Positions 21,535 through 30,794 of a stretch of DNA of 64,000 nucleotides are shown here, piece after piece. Numbering within the stretch: position 1 is the stretch's first letter; each line of letters starts with the position of its first letter. Source of the stretch: Clostridiales bacterium. Its GTDB lineage: Bacteria; Bacillota; Clostridia; Oscillospirales; Oscillospiraceae. A program made the translations under genes and the position numbers. A model generated the notes under the pieces. It saw only the letters and a list, made by a program, of their open reading frames with translations. It did not search any database and was not told the origin of the DNA. Where the stretch lies: the NCBI GenBank assembly GCA_020860385.1, contig JAJBUK010000066.1, positions 75 to 64,074 on the forward strand, given 5' to 3'.

Positions 21535-22716
21535 ATGACATGGATTTGCCCAGTCTGCCAGGCGGAATGCTCCGCCCCGTGGATTTGCCCCAGCTGCGGG
21601 TTTGACCGCAGCTGTGACTGTGAACAGTATGGGACGCTGACCGCGCCTCCTCCCGCCGGGGGGAAGCCGGTGTCCGCCCTGGCTGCCGCCTGGCGGCAAA
21701 AGCAGATGCCGGACGCGCTGACCTGTCCCGGCTGCGGCGGCGTGACCTTCTATTATTCACTGAGCAGGAAAGAGCACGTTTGTACGAATTGCCGTACCGT
21801 GGTGCCGCTGAACCAAGACCAGCGGGCTGTGGCGCGCAGCGAGCCCCCCAGCCCGCCCGTTGCCAAGACCCTCATCGTCCCGCGCCAGTGCGCTACGATT
21901 GCCTGCGGCACAAATCATATGGCCGCCGTGAAAGCGGATGGAACGGTAGTCGCCAAGGCAACCTCGATCGTGCGCGCCTCAGGGCAGTTTGATGTCCTCG
22001 GTTGGAGCGAAATCGTGTCGGTGGCTGTCGGATACCGGCACACAGTAGGGTTGCGGCGGGACGGTACGGTAGTTGCTGTAGGCTCGAACAGCCATGGTCA
22101 GTGCGCTATAACCGATTGGAAGGGAATCGTGGCAATCGCTGCCGGAGATAACCATACGGTAGGGCTGCGGTCCGATGGCACGGTGGTCGCCACAGGGAAA
22201 AATTCATCCGGACAATGCAATACAACCGAATGGAAGCCAATTATAGCGATAGCGGCTGGGAACAGCCATACCGTGGGCTTGCGGCCTGACGGCACGGTGG
22301 TCTCGGCAGGCGAGTATGATAAATGCAATGTGTATTTATGGGAGAAAATCGTCGCTTTAGCAGCCGGAAACAGACATACGATAGGGCTGCGGTCTGACGG
22401 CACAGTGGTCGCCGCCGGGGACAACGGTTCCGGACAATGTGACGTGATCGCCTGGAGGGATATTGTGGCGGTAGCTGCCGGAGAATATCATACGGTGGGG
22501 CTGAAATCTGACGGCACAGTGGTGGCCGTGGGGAAGAGCGATTTTAACCAGTGCAATGTGCTTGCCTGGCGCGATATTGTGGCGGTGGCCGCCGGGCGCT
22601 ATCACACGGTCGGATTGCAGCGTGACGGCATGGTGGTCATTGCGGGAAGAAAGGGGTCCGGACAGCATGACCTGCCGGGCTGGTGGGGCATCGCCCTCCC
22701 GGAGACCCAAACCTGA
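21535..22716 (+). CDS. Zn-ribbon + RCC1-like 7-repeat beta-propeller protein, paralog 2
   Basis: Same 393-aa architecture; shares FDRSCD.E.Y.TL and KPVSALAAAW.QK with paralog 1. Confidence 0.88.
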   Translation: MTWICPVCQAECSAPWICPSCGFDRSCDCEQYGTLTAPPPAGGKPVSALAAAWRQKQMPDALTCPGCGGVTFYYSLSRKEHVCTNCRTVVPLNQDQRAVARSEPPSPPVAKTLIVPRQCATIACGTNHMAAVKADGTVVAKATSIVRASGQFDVLGWSEIVSVAVGYRHTVGLRRDGTVVAVGSNSHGQCAITDWKGIVAIAAGDNHTVGLRSDGTVVATGKNSSGQCNTTEWKPIIAIAAGNSHTVGLRPDGTVVSAGEYDKCNVYLWEKIVALAAGNRHTIGLRSDGTVVAAGDNGSGQCDVIAWRDIVAVAAGEYHTVGLKSDGTVVAVGKSDFNQCNVLAWRDIVAVAAGRYHTVGLQRDGMVVIAGRKGSGQHDLPGWWGIALPETQT

Positions 22717-22801
22717 CCCCATGACGGACTGACAGAAGCGGGGCAGGCATGGGGCAGTATCAGGCTGCCCGCCATAAAAAAACAAAAAATACATAAAACT
22801 A

Positions 22802-22830
22802 TTCCAAAGCCCGATAGATTATGTTATAAT
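22802..22830 (+). promoter_or_regulatory. Promoter of the Hsp70-to-HerA operon
   Basis: TTCCAA-N17-TATAAT with TGn in an AT-rich gap; same -35 hexamer as the RCC1 promoter. Confidence 0.65.
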
Positions 22831-22972
22831 AATCACAGTGTAATTTTTCTGTTTCGTTTTGACCGCGCAGCTGAAGCGCGCGTACCCCTTTGCAGGCAGG
22901 GCCTGCCGGGCGGAAGCTCCCGGCTTGCAGAGGGATGCGTCAGGGCGGAACGTGTGTTTAGAGGTGGCACGG

Positions 22973-24739
22973 ATGAACTTAGGCGTTGATTTTGGCAGTA
23001 CGTATTCCAGTTTTTCCTTTTATGACGAGATCGAAAAAAAGATCGAATTGTGCAAACCTGGGGAGAAGGATCCTGAGGCGATCCCTTCCATCGCCTGCAT
23101 TGATGACGACGGCAACCTTTTGACCGGATACAGCGCCAAGGCCCATATCCAGCTGGAGGACCCGGAAGCCCTCTCCTTTTCCGCGTTTAAGATGCTGCTG
23201 AACGAGCAGGATAAGCGCACCCTCACCAGCCGGAACTATTCGGCGGAGTACACCCCCAAACGGGTGGCGGGGGCGTTCCTACAGCAGCAGATTCACAGAA
23301 TTCTGAGCAATCACGCCGCCTCTGAAATTGAGAACCTCGTCATCTGCGCGCCGGAGGTGTGGACGACGCAGAACGCCGTCCGGCACGGCCAGATGGATGG
23401 CCGCACTATCCTGCGGGATATCTGCGGCAGCATCCCGGAGGTCAAAAACGTGAATGTGGTCAGCGAACCGGCGGCGGCCAGCGCCTACTTCGCTTACCGG
23501 TACCGGGAGACGGCCCCTCAGAGCTACCGCCTGCTCATTATCGACTACGGCGGCGGTACCTTGGACCTGACCCTGACAGAGGTGCATCCCCAGGGGGCCT
23601 CTGTGGAGATCAAGGTGCTGTACCGCACCGGCTTTGGGGAAAATGAAAACGGCAAAATCGGCAACGCCGGTATCGCGTATATGGAGCGGGTGATGCAGCT
23701 GGCCATTGCGGAGGAGACGGGCGGCGACCCGGATGCCATTCCGAAGGACGCCAATTTCCGTAAGGCGGTCAGTTCCCTGGAGAACAAGCTGATGGATCAG
23801 GTCTCCCTGGATGCCGTGGGAGAGAACGGCAAGGATGCCAGCAGCGACAACCAGAAGCGTCTCTGGTATGCGGTGGAGGAGTGCGGCGCGGAGCTGACCG
23901 ATTTGCTGGACAATACGGAGCAGTTCGCCAAAATCCGCTACGGCAGAAAACCAATCATTGTTACCTTCTCCCATCTCATGCAGGCGTATAACGAGATTAT
24001 CGAACCCACCCTGGAGCATTGCATGGATGAGGTCACAGCCTGGACGAAGAAGCACAACAAGCTGGACTTCTATGTGGTGCTGGCCGGTGGATTTGGAAAA
24101 TTTATCCTGGTGCAAAAGCAGGTGGAATGGCACTTTGAGCGCTCCCGGACAGGGGACCGCCGGTTCCAGTACAGTCTGGGGAAGGACCGGGAATATGCCG
24201 TCTCCATGGGGGCGGCGCTGCTGGCCTCCGGCATTATGACCATCAAGCGCACGGCACCCTATGGCATTGGCATTTATACGGAGACGGATAAGCGGTTCCA
24301 TTACGCCATCAACTTCCGGCAGGAGCTGATTCCGAAGCAGGAGTATTGGATTTGCAGCCAACCCGGCGCATCCGGAAAGGCCAGCGTCCCCACCCCCTTC
24401 GTGAACGGCTATAACGAGATCACCCACCTGTCCATCGGGACGGATGAGGACGCACACGCCGGTACCATCCTGCCGCTGGCCCCTGCGATGCAGGATAAAA
24501 TCGTAAAGGCGTATCAGGATATGACGGACGATTATCAGCGGCAGTTCCCTAACAAATATCCGAAGCCGCTCCATCATATCGGCTTTTCCATGGACGAGTC
24601 CGAAATCGTATCCATGCTGGTGCAGTATTATGAGCCGACGACCAGGTCGGTGGGGCGTACCATCCCCATCGAGCTGTCTGATTATAACAAAATGTTTGGC
24701 CTGACGGAGGCGAAGTTTGTCACGGAGAAGGGAAGATAA
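22973..24739 (+). CDS. Non-canonical Hsp70-family protein
   Basis: LGVDFGSTYS, SEPAAAS, IIDYGGGTLD and VLAGGFGK actin-fold motifs; start moved to the ATG at 22973. Confidence 0.88.
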   Translation: MNLGVDFGSTYSSFSFYDEIEKKIELCKPGEKDPEAIPSIACIDDDGNLLTGYSAKAHIQLEDPEALSFSAFKMLLNEQDKRTLTSRNYSAEYTPKRVAGAFLQQQIHRILSNHAASEIENLVICAPEVWTTQNAVRHGQMDGRTILRDICGSIPEVKNVNVVSEPAAASAYFAYRYRETAPQSYRLLIIDYGGGTLDLTLTEVHPQGASVEIKVLYRTGFGENENGKIGNAGIAYMERVMQLAIAEETGGDPDAIPKDANFRKAVSSLENKLMDQVSLDAVGENGKDASSDNQKRLWYAVEECGAELTDLLDNTEQFAKIRYGRKPIIVTFSHLMQAYNEIIEPTLEHCMDEVTAWTKKHNKLDFYVVLAGGFGKFILVQKQVEWHFERSRTGDRRFQYSLGKDREYAVSMGAALLASGIMTIKRTAPYGIGIYTETDKRFHYAINFRQELIPKQEYWICSQPGASGKASVPTPFVNGYNEITHLSIGTDEDAHAGTILPLAPAMQDKIVKAYQDMTDDYQRQFPNKYPKPLHHIGFSMDESEIVSMLVQYYEPTTRSVGRTIPIELSDYNKMFGLTEAKFVTEKGR

Positions 24740-24789
24740 GGCGGTCAGGGGGCGTATCCTCAACCGATCTGATGCAGGAGGAGCCATCT

Positions 24790-26583
24790 ATGAGATTTGA
24801 TAACGTCAGCAGTGATATTCAAAAATTCCGGGACCGGGACGACCTGACGCTGAACGAGCTGTTGGGGATGTTCCAAAATCTGGAGCTGGACGTGAAGAAG
24901 GCCCACCAGAAGATAGAAACCAGCGCTGTGGGCGATTCCGATGAGCTGACCAGCAAGCTGATCTGGCTGTGCAATCTGCCTGTCAAGATTGAGAAGAATA
25001 ATACCCAGGCGCTTTCCGCCGAATCCCGCTATCAGCGGCTCCAGGAGCGCACCCAGGCGCTCCGGCAGAAGGTAAGCAGCTATGAGCAGGAGCGGGCAAA
25101 GCTGGAGCAGGAGGTAGCCGCTGTTGCGGAGCTGGAGGAGGAGGCCGCAGAGCTCCGGGAGGAGATTCAGCGGCTCCAGGCGCGCAGGCAGGAGGCTGAG
25201 CGGCTGCAAGCGGAGCGTCAGAGGCTGACGGCCCAACTGGACAGCCTGCGGCAGTTGGACCTGGAGGGGCTGCGGGCGGAGAACCGCGCCCTGGAGGCCG
25301 CCGTGCAGGAGCTGCAAGCCACCCAGGCGCAGCTTACCGACCAGCGGCAGATGCTGGAAAGCACCAGGGCAGCCAGTCAAAACGGCATAGAAGCCCTACA
25401 GACAGAGATTCAGGCGCTTGAGGAAGGCAACGAGGCGCTGTCCGCCCAGACAGAGGAATTTCAGCGGCATAGGGAAGCGTTGGAGGAGCGGCAGGCCGAG
25501 CTTATGGCGCTGCAAGCGTCTCTGGCAGAGACGGAACAGACCTATCAGGAGATTTGCACCGCTATCGACCACTTCACCTGCCAGAAGGATGCGCAGGCTG
25601 CCCTCCTTGCGGAAAAGGCCCCCCTGGCGGAGCAGCTGAGGAACGAGAAGGAAACCCTGCAAACCCGCACTCAGGAGCTGGTCACGGAGATTGCCAATCT
25701 GGAGCATGAGAATCCGACCCTGGAACAGACGAACCGCCAGTATGGCGACCGGGCGGATCAGCTCAGACAGGAGAACGACGATTTGCGGCAGATGGAAGCG
25801 GACCTTCGGGCGCAGATCGACATACAGGAAGCGGATTATGCGAAGCTGGAAAGCGTGACCTTGCCTGGGCTGAGGGTTCAGCTGGAGCTGCACACCCAGG
25901 ATATGGAAAAGAGCCGGAAGAAGCAGGCGGAGCTCCGGGAGGCGATTTCGTGCAAGCTCCAGGAGAAAGAGGCAGAGAGCCGGCTCCTTGCTGAGGCGGA
26001 AGAGGCCCACCGGATGGCCAGCGAGGCGCTGGACGCCGTCAAGTCGGACAAGGAGCGTATGCTGCGCTCCGTTCAGGCGGTGGATGACAAAACCAGGCAA
26101 ATGAAGGCAGAGGTAGAAGCGCTGAACGCTTCTTTGGAGCAGAAGAATGAGGACAAAATCCAGGCCACCCTGGCGCAGCAAACGGCGGATTTGCAGCGCA
26201 GGATAGCAGACTGCGACAGAATGAATCAGGAAATCAGCCGGCTGCAGCAGGAGAATGAGGAGCAGGAGCGGCAGAGGAAATTGCTGGCAGAGCAGCAGGC
26301 AGAGGAGCAGACCCGCCAGCAGAAGGCCGTTGAGGATTATCAGCGGCTGGAGCTGGAGTTCCAGAGCCTGACCCAGAAGGACGCTGAGCTGTCAGGGCTG
26401 CAAACCAGGCTGTCCGCGATGAATGTAATCGTGAAGCGGCTGGAGGAGGACAGCAAATTCTTTGACGGGAAGCCGTTCTCGCTGACGAAGGGGCTGCAGG
26501 ATGAGATGAATCAGGCGGAACGGGCCCTCTCGGAGGCCCGGCAGGCCATCAAAAGCTATCAGGAAACGGTAAGCAGTCACTAA
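24790..26583 (+). CDS. Long coiled-coil protein (~597 aa), function unknown
   Basis: E/Q/L/A/R heptads over >500 aa; no P-loop, no TM; RBS AGGAG before the ATG at 24790. Confidence 0.8.
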   Translation: MRFDNVSSDIQKFRDRDDLTLNELLGMFQNLELDVKKAHQKIETSAVGDSDELTSKLIWLCNLPVKIEKNNTQALSAESRYQRLQERTQALRQKVSSYEQERAKLEQEVAAVAELEEEAAELREEIQRLQARRQEAERLQAERQRLTAQLDSLRQLDLEGLRAENRALEAAVQELQATQAQLTDQRQMLESTRAASQNGIEALQTEIQALEEGNEALSAQTEEFQRHREALEERQAELMALQASLAETEQTYQEICTAIDHFTCQKDAQAALLAEKAPLAEQLRNEKETLQTRTQELVTEIANLEHENPTLEQTNRQYGDRADQLRQENDDLRQMEADLRAQIDIQEADYAKLESVTLPGLRVQLELHTQDMEKSRKKQAELREAISCKLQEKEAESRLLAEAEEAHRMASEALDAVKSDKERMLRSVQAVDDKTRQMKAEVEALNASLEQKNEDKIQATLAQQTADLQRRIADCDRMNQEISRLQQENEEQERQRKLLAEQQAEEQTRQQKAVEDYQRLELEFQSLTQKDAELSGLQTRLSAMNVIVKRLEEDSKFFDGKPFSLTKGLQDEMNQAERALSEARQAIKSYQETVSSH

Positions 26584-26611
26584 AAGCATGGTAAGGAAGG
26601 CGGAAGGCACG

Positions 26612-27103
26612 ATGAAAACTTGTATTGTATGTGGGGGCAGCTATGCGGATGCGGAGTGCCCGTATTGCCATTTCCCGGAGATCAGCGTCATCGGGGACGA
26701 TAATGCGCCTCTGATGGACTACGCCAATCAGTACCGGAAGGAGTACCTGAAGGACATGAAAATTGGCGTGCTCTGCTACCGCTGGAAGGCCAGCGGAGAG
26801 CAGCTGGTCCTGGATGAAACGGCGTGTCAGCTCTTTGCCAGCGGAGAAGCGCTGGAGCAGCGCGAGGTGTGGTGCGAGCAGGAATTTGCCCGCTGCCCCG
26901 AAGGGGACGCCCTCCCGATCACGCTGGTGACGGAGAAGGACGGCGTACGGAAGGAAATCGGCGTCTCCGTTCCCAATCTGAAGGAGCCGGGGCTCCAGCA
27001 GGTGGGCCTCCGCCTCCGGGAGCAGCTCAGGGTCAATGTGCTGCTGCGCAGCGGACAGAAGCAGACCATGTCTGCCCCCATCTCCCTGGTGGGAGTGGAA
27101 TAA
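26612..27103 (+). CDS. Small Zn-ribbon hypothetical protein
   Basis: N-terminal CIVC...CPYC; host-like codon use; in-operon position. Confidence 0.7.
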   Translation: MKTCIVCGGSYADAECPYCHFPEISVIGDDNAPLMDYANQYRKEYLKDMKIGVLCYRWKASGEQLVLDETACQLFASGEALEQREVWCEQEFARCPEGDALPITLVTEKDGVRKEIGVSVPNLKEPGLQQVGLRLREQLRVNVLLRSGQKQTMSAPISLVGVE

Positions 27104-27139
27104 GGGAAGCGGCGCTTCATCAGGAGAGGAGGGTGGCGT

Positions 27140-28741
27140 TTGTTTTCCACACATAAACAGCTGTATTTCGTATTCCAGCACGAGGGCGAGACGTATTTTC
27201 TGGACAGCACGCTTCAGCTCAGGCTGGACGATTGGCTTCGGCTTTCCCTGCGCAGGAGCGGCTATCGCTATACCTACTTCCTGGATGCGGTGGGCAGCCA
27301 GATGAAGCTGACCATTCTGGATGCGGACAGCTACCACCAGTACTACGCCAGAAGCCTCTGGTTCAAGCCCGACTTTCAGGGGCAGGTCTGCATTGACCTG
27401 GATCAGGAGAGGGCTGTCCAGTGGCTGACGAAGGAGCTGGGCAGGAGGAACGGAGCGTCTGCATTCGTGTGCCGCATGGAGGCCTTCGCCCGGCTGTTCC
27501 AGCCGGATTATCCCTCGAAGGCCAGACTGCTGGACAGGCTGATACAGCGGCTCCACAGCTGCCGGGATGCCCTTGTTCTGGTGGGGCCAATGGAGATGAC
27601 GGAAGAGGTGCTTTCCCTGTATACTGCGCCGGGCAGCGTACTGGCCTATGTGGACAGGGAGACCGGGCAGAGCCTTTGCAGGAGCGCCCGGGAGCTGCTG
27701 CTGGATAAGGACAACCTGTGCTTCTTTGACAGGCTGCGGGAAAAGCTGGACGATCAGTTCCTTGAACTGGGTACCTTTACCTTTGACGGCCTGAAGACGC
27801 TGATGGGAAACGTCCGCTTTGCCCGGGACGAGGCCTGGGACGAAGGCACGCTCCTGGATTATACCAACTTCCTGTACTTCTGGACGTACAAGCCCAAGCT
27901 GAGGGCCTATTGCCAGGGGCTGTTTTCCTCGCTGAAGCAGCCGATTACCTATGCCGCCCTGTTCCGTTGCCTCTGCGATAACGGAATCACCGCAATGGAG
28001 GAGCGTATTCAGCGCCTGCGGCGCTCCGCCAGGAATAAGAACGAATCGGAGCGGCTGATCGACATTTTGGTACATCAATTCGGGCCGCTGCCCAAGGACT
28101 ATCCTTCCCAGGAGAGCCACGTCGTCTTTGCGGAGCCGGAGCTGTCCGCCCTGGCCGAGCTGCCCTGGCCTGAGTGGGCCTACCGGAAGGGAGCGTCGCC
28201 CTTCCAGATTTGGGAGCCTGCGGAGCGGGAGTGGGACGTGATGAAGCGGAGCCTTCTGAAGGCGCGGAACCGGCCCTTCCCCCGGACGCGCATCCGCTGG
28301 ATCGATAAATTCGTGGTGCGCATGAAGCGGGCGGAGAATCGCGGCGACCATTGGACGGTGCGACGCACGGTCAACGTGCTGCTGTATTGCGGGAATAACC
28401 TCTATACCGAGGGGGAGTTCGACCAGTACTGTCAGGGCTGTGAGCGGTACCTCACCGTCTCTGAGGGATATTTTGACAAGTACAGGGAGTATCTGCGCAT
28501 CAAGCCCTCCGGTACAGACGCGGTCGCTGCGGTGCAGGGGCAGCTGTACAGCTATGGAATCGCCCTGGAGAGCGCGGACGCGGAGTATCAGACCGTTTCG
28601 GAAATCAGCGGCATCGACCTGACCGACACCCTGCAAACGCTCTTGGAGAGCGTCCAGCCGACGCCGGACCACAGCGCCGATGCCGATATGGACAGTGAAA
28701 CTGCCAGCCGCATCCTGGAAGCACGCGCCAACAGGAGGTAG
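27140..28741 (+). CDS. Hypothetical protein (533 aa)
   Basis: Long ORF with GAGGAGG RBS and TTG start; no family recognised. Confidence 0.75.
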   Translation: MFSTHKQLYFVFQHEGETYFLDSTLQLRLDDWLRLSLRRSGYRYTYFLDAVGSQMKLTILDADSYHQYYARSLWFKPDFQGQVCIDLDQERAVQWLTKELGRRNGASAFVCRMEAFARLFQPDYPSKARLLDRLIQRLHSCRDALVLVGPMEMTEEVLSLYTAPGSVLAYVDRETGQSLCRSARELLLDKDNLCFFDRLREKLDDQFLELGTFTFDGLKTLMGNVRFARDEAWDEGTLLDYTNFLYFWTYKPKLRAYCQGLFSSLKQPITYAALFRCLCDNGITAMEERIQRLRRSARNKNESERLIDILVHQFGPLPKDYPSQESHVVFAEPELSALAELPWPEWAYRKGASPFQIWEPAEREWDVMKRSLLKARNRPFPRTRIRWIDKFVVRMKRAENRGDHWTVRRTVNVLLYCGNNLYTEGEFDQYCQGCERYLTVSEGYFDKYREYLRIKPSGTDAVAAVQGQLYSYGIALESADAEYQTVSEISGIDLTDTLQTLLESVQPTPDHSADADMDSETASRILEARANRR

Positions 28742-28813
28742 CTCAGGCGTACTTCATAGAAGAATCAACCATCATCCATCCTGAATCAATCAAACGAAAG
28801 AGAGGACAAAAGT

Positions 28814-30082
28814 ATGCCATTTACGGGAAAAAACAAGAAGCGGACCACATCCCGTTCATCTGCCAGCGGGGTGGGCAAGGTGATCGAAGATGTGAAGGCC
28901 GCCGTCGGCCTTGCGCCGCAGAAGGAGGAATCCCCTGCCGCCGTCATGAGCGAGAACCGGAGCAGAGGCGAGGAAATCGTCAGCACGCTGCGCAGCATCC
29001 AGTTCTCCCAGGGGCAGCTTCCGGACACGAAAAGCGATGAGAAGCAGCCCTGCGGCGACATGGAGATGACCCGCAACGCGATTTTGAAGAAAATCGACAA
29101 TGCCCCCACGATTTTTGACCAGATCGAAGGTATCGACCGGGTGCTGCTCTATGCGGCCCGGGCCTGGAAGACCGCCGTGGAGGATGGCTCGCCCAACAAG
29201 GCGGAGTGGGCCATGAACGCCCTCAGTGCGGGCGTCCTGTTCCTGCGGGACAATGTTCCGGAGGATCAGGAGGACCGCAAGGAGCAGATTTTGGCGGCCC
29301 GGGTCAAGTACATGGAGAAGTATGACAATATCATCCATACTTATGAGGAGATTGACAACCTGGAAAAGACCATCCGCGCCGCAGATGTCCTGGTGGACGA
29401 AAAGTGGAAGCAGGTGGAGGCCTTTAAAAAGCGCCTCAAGGAGATGCAGGAGACGGAGGAAGGGCAGCGGCTCTACGGCAGACTGAAGGCCCATGTGGAC
29501 CAGAATGACCGCCTCACGGCGGAGGAGAAGGCCTTCGATGATGAGCTGGGTGTCTACGCCAACATGGCCTATGCCATTGACCAGCAGAAGGATATTACCG
29601 CCGGCAACAAGGTGCAGCTTCTGGCGGCCTATCAGAAGGCGGAGACCTTCCGCATCGCCCTGAACGAGCAGCCGGTGGTCTATGACGAGACCATCAATGC
29701 GCAGTATGTCGCCCTGCTGGATGAGCAGGTCGCCCACCTGGCGGCCCAGTATGCGGTGGCCAGGGAGATGTCCGACGCTGCGGTGAAGTATGCCGCCGCC
29801 AGAAAGAGCGTCCTGAACGGCGAGGATGCGGTGGCCATCCGCAGCAATATGCTGGCATGGATGGAGAAGGTCCAGGAGGAGGATTACTCCGTGGATACCA
29901 TTTCCGAGCAGATTGCCCGCCGCAGAACGGAGCAGCTGGCAGAGATGAGGAAGAACAGAGCCGTTCTGGAGGAGACGCAGACGAATCAGACGGCGAACTT
30001 CGATATCAACTTCGACACCGAAGTGAACGAGAATACGGAAGAGAACGAGGCTGTCAACGAGCAGTACAATTACAACACCTGA
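28814..30082 (+). CDS. Alpha-helical/coiled-coil hypothetical protein with an acidic tail
   Basis: Basic N-terminus, helical heptads, E/N-rich C-terminus. Confidence 0.75.
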   Translation: MPFTGKNKKRTTSRSSASGVGKVIEDVKAAVGLAPQKEESPAAVMSENRSRGEEIVSTLRSIQFSQGQLPDTKSDEKQPCGDMEMTRNAILKKIDNAPTIFDQIEGIDRVLLYAARAWKTAVEDGSPNKAEWAMNALSAGVLFLRDNVPEDQEDRKEQILAARVKYMEKYDNIIHTYEEIDNLEKTIRAADVLVDEKWKQVEAFKKRLKEMQETEEGQRLYGRLKAHVDQNDRLTAEEKAFDDELGVYANMAYAIDQQKDITAGNKVQLLAAYQKAETFRIALNEQPVVYDETINAQYVALLDEQVAHLAAQYAVAREMSDAAVKYAAARKSVLNGEDAVAIRSNMLAWMEKVQEEDYSVDTISEQIARRRTEQLAEMRKNRAVLEETQTNQTANFDINFDTEVNENTEENEAVNEQYNYNT

Positions 30083-30113
30083 CCCGCCGGAATCAGAAAG
30101 GAGCATGACGAAA

Positions 30114-30755
30114 ATGCCGAATATTTTTTCCAAGCGCAGCCCCGAGGAGGCCTATATCGATAAGACAATGAAGCGTATCCGCCAGCGGCAGGAGCACGCC
30201 CAGACCATTGCGGCATACGCCGCTCAGCTGGAGGAATGCAGGCTGTTTTTCCAGCACACGGTGGATTCCAGCCGGTTGAATGTGCTGCGCCGCAGGGAAG
30301 CCCGTGTCAGCGACGCCATGGAAAAGGAGCGCATCCATGACGCCATCATCGGCCTGCTGGCCGTGGAGGAGGCCAAGCTGGACCTGAGCTCCATCAGCTC
30401 CGCGAAGGATATGGACTACGCCATGCGGAACCTGGAGAAGATCCTCCGCCAGATGTATCGCATGAACGCCGGCAGTACCTCCCTGACCAAGAAGGAACTG
30501 CGGGAGAATACGGGCATGGCCTTTGACGATACCATGGAGCCCATCACCTTCTCCAGCCGTGCGGAGCTGGTGGATGAGCGGTTCGTAGAGCGGGTGATCC
30601 AGGGCTACAGCATTAAGGAGTGCATGGAGCAGACGAATGTGGTCGGCAGCGGCGCTGCGGATATGGGCGGCATCAACTTTGAAACGCCCCCCGACGATAA
30701 GAAAATCACCAGCGACGAAGAAGAGATTCTCAAGAACCGGGCCGGCAGACGCTGA
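30114..30755 (+). CDS. Putative ESCRT-III/Snf7-like protein
   Basis: ~213 aa, helical; N-terminal MPNIFSKR; helix-2-like LLAVEEAKLDLSSISSAKDMDYAMRNLEKILRQM; acidic tail ending in ExxLxxR. The CDS is secure; the family call is an inference. Confidence 0.6.
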   Translation: MPNIFSKRSPEEAYIDKTMKRIRQRQEHAQTIAAYAAQLEECRLFFQHTVDSSRLNVLRRREARVSDAMEKERIHDAIIGLLAVEEAKLDLSSISSAKDMDYAMRNLEKILRQMYRMNAGSTSLTKKELRENTGMAFDDTMEPITFSSRAELVDERFVERVIQGYSIKECMEQTNVVGSGAADMGGINFETPPDDKKITSDEEEILKNRAGRR

Positions 30756-30794
30756 GCCTGGCAGAGAGGGCATCCGGTGCCGCAGGAGGGAATT

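Noticed and set aside
22973-24739. Calling this gene dnaK
   Set aside because: The C-terminus is divergent, and there is no hrcA-grpE-dnaJ context or CIRCE element.
24790-26583. SMC/Wadjet JetC-like protein
   Set aside because: No Walker A/B or ABC signature at either end.
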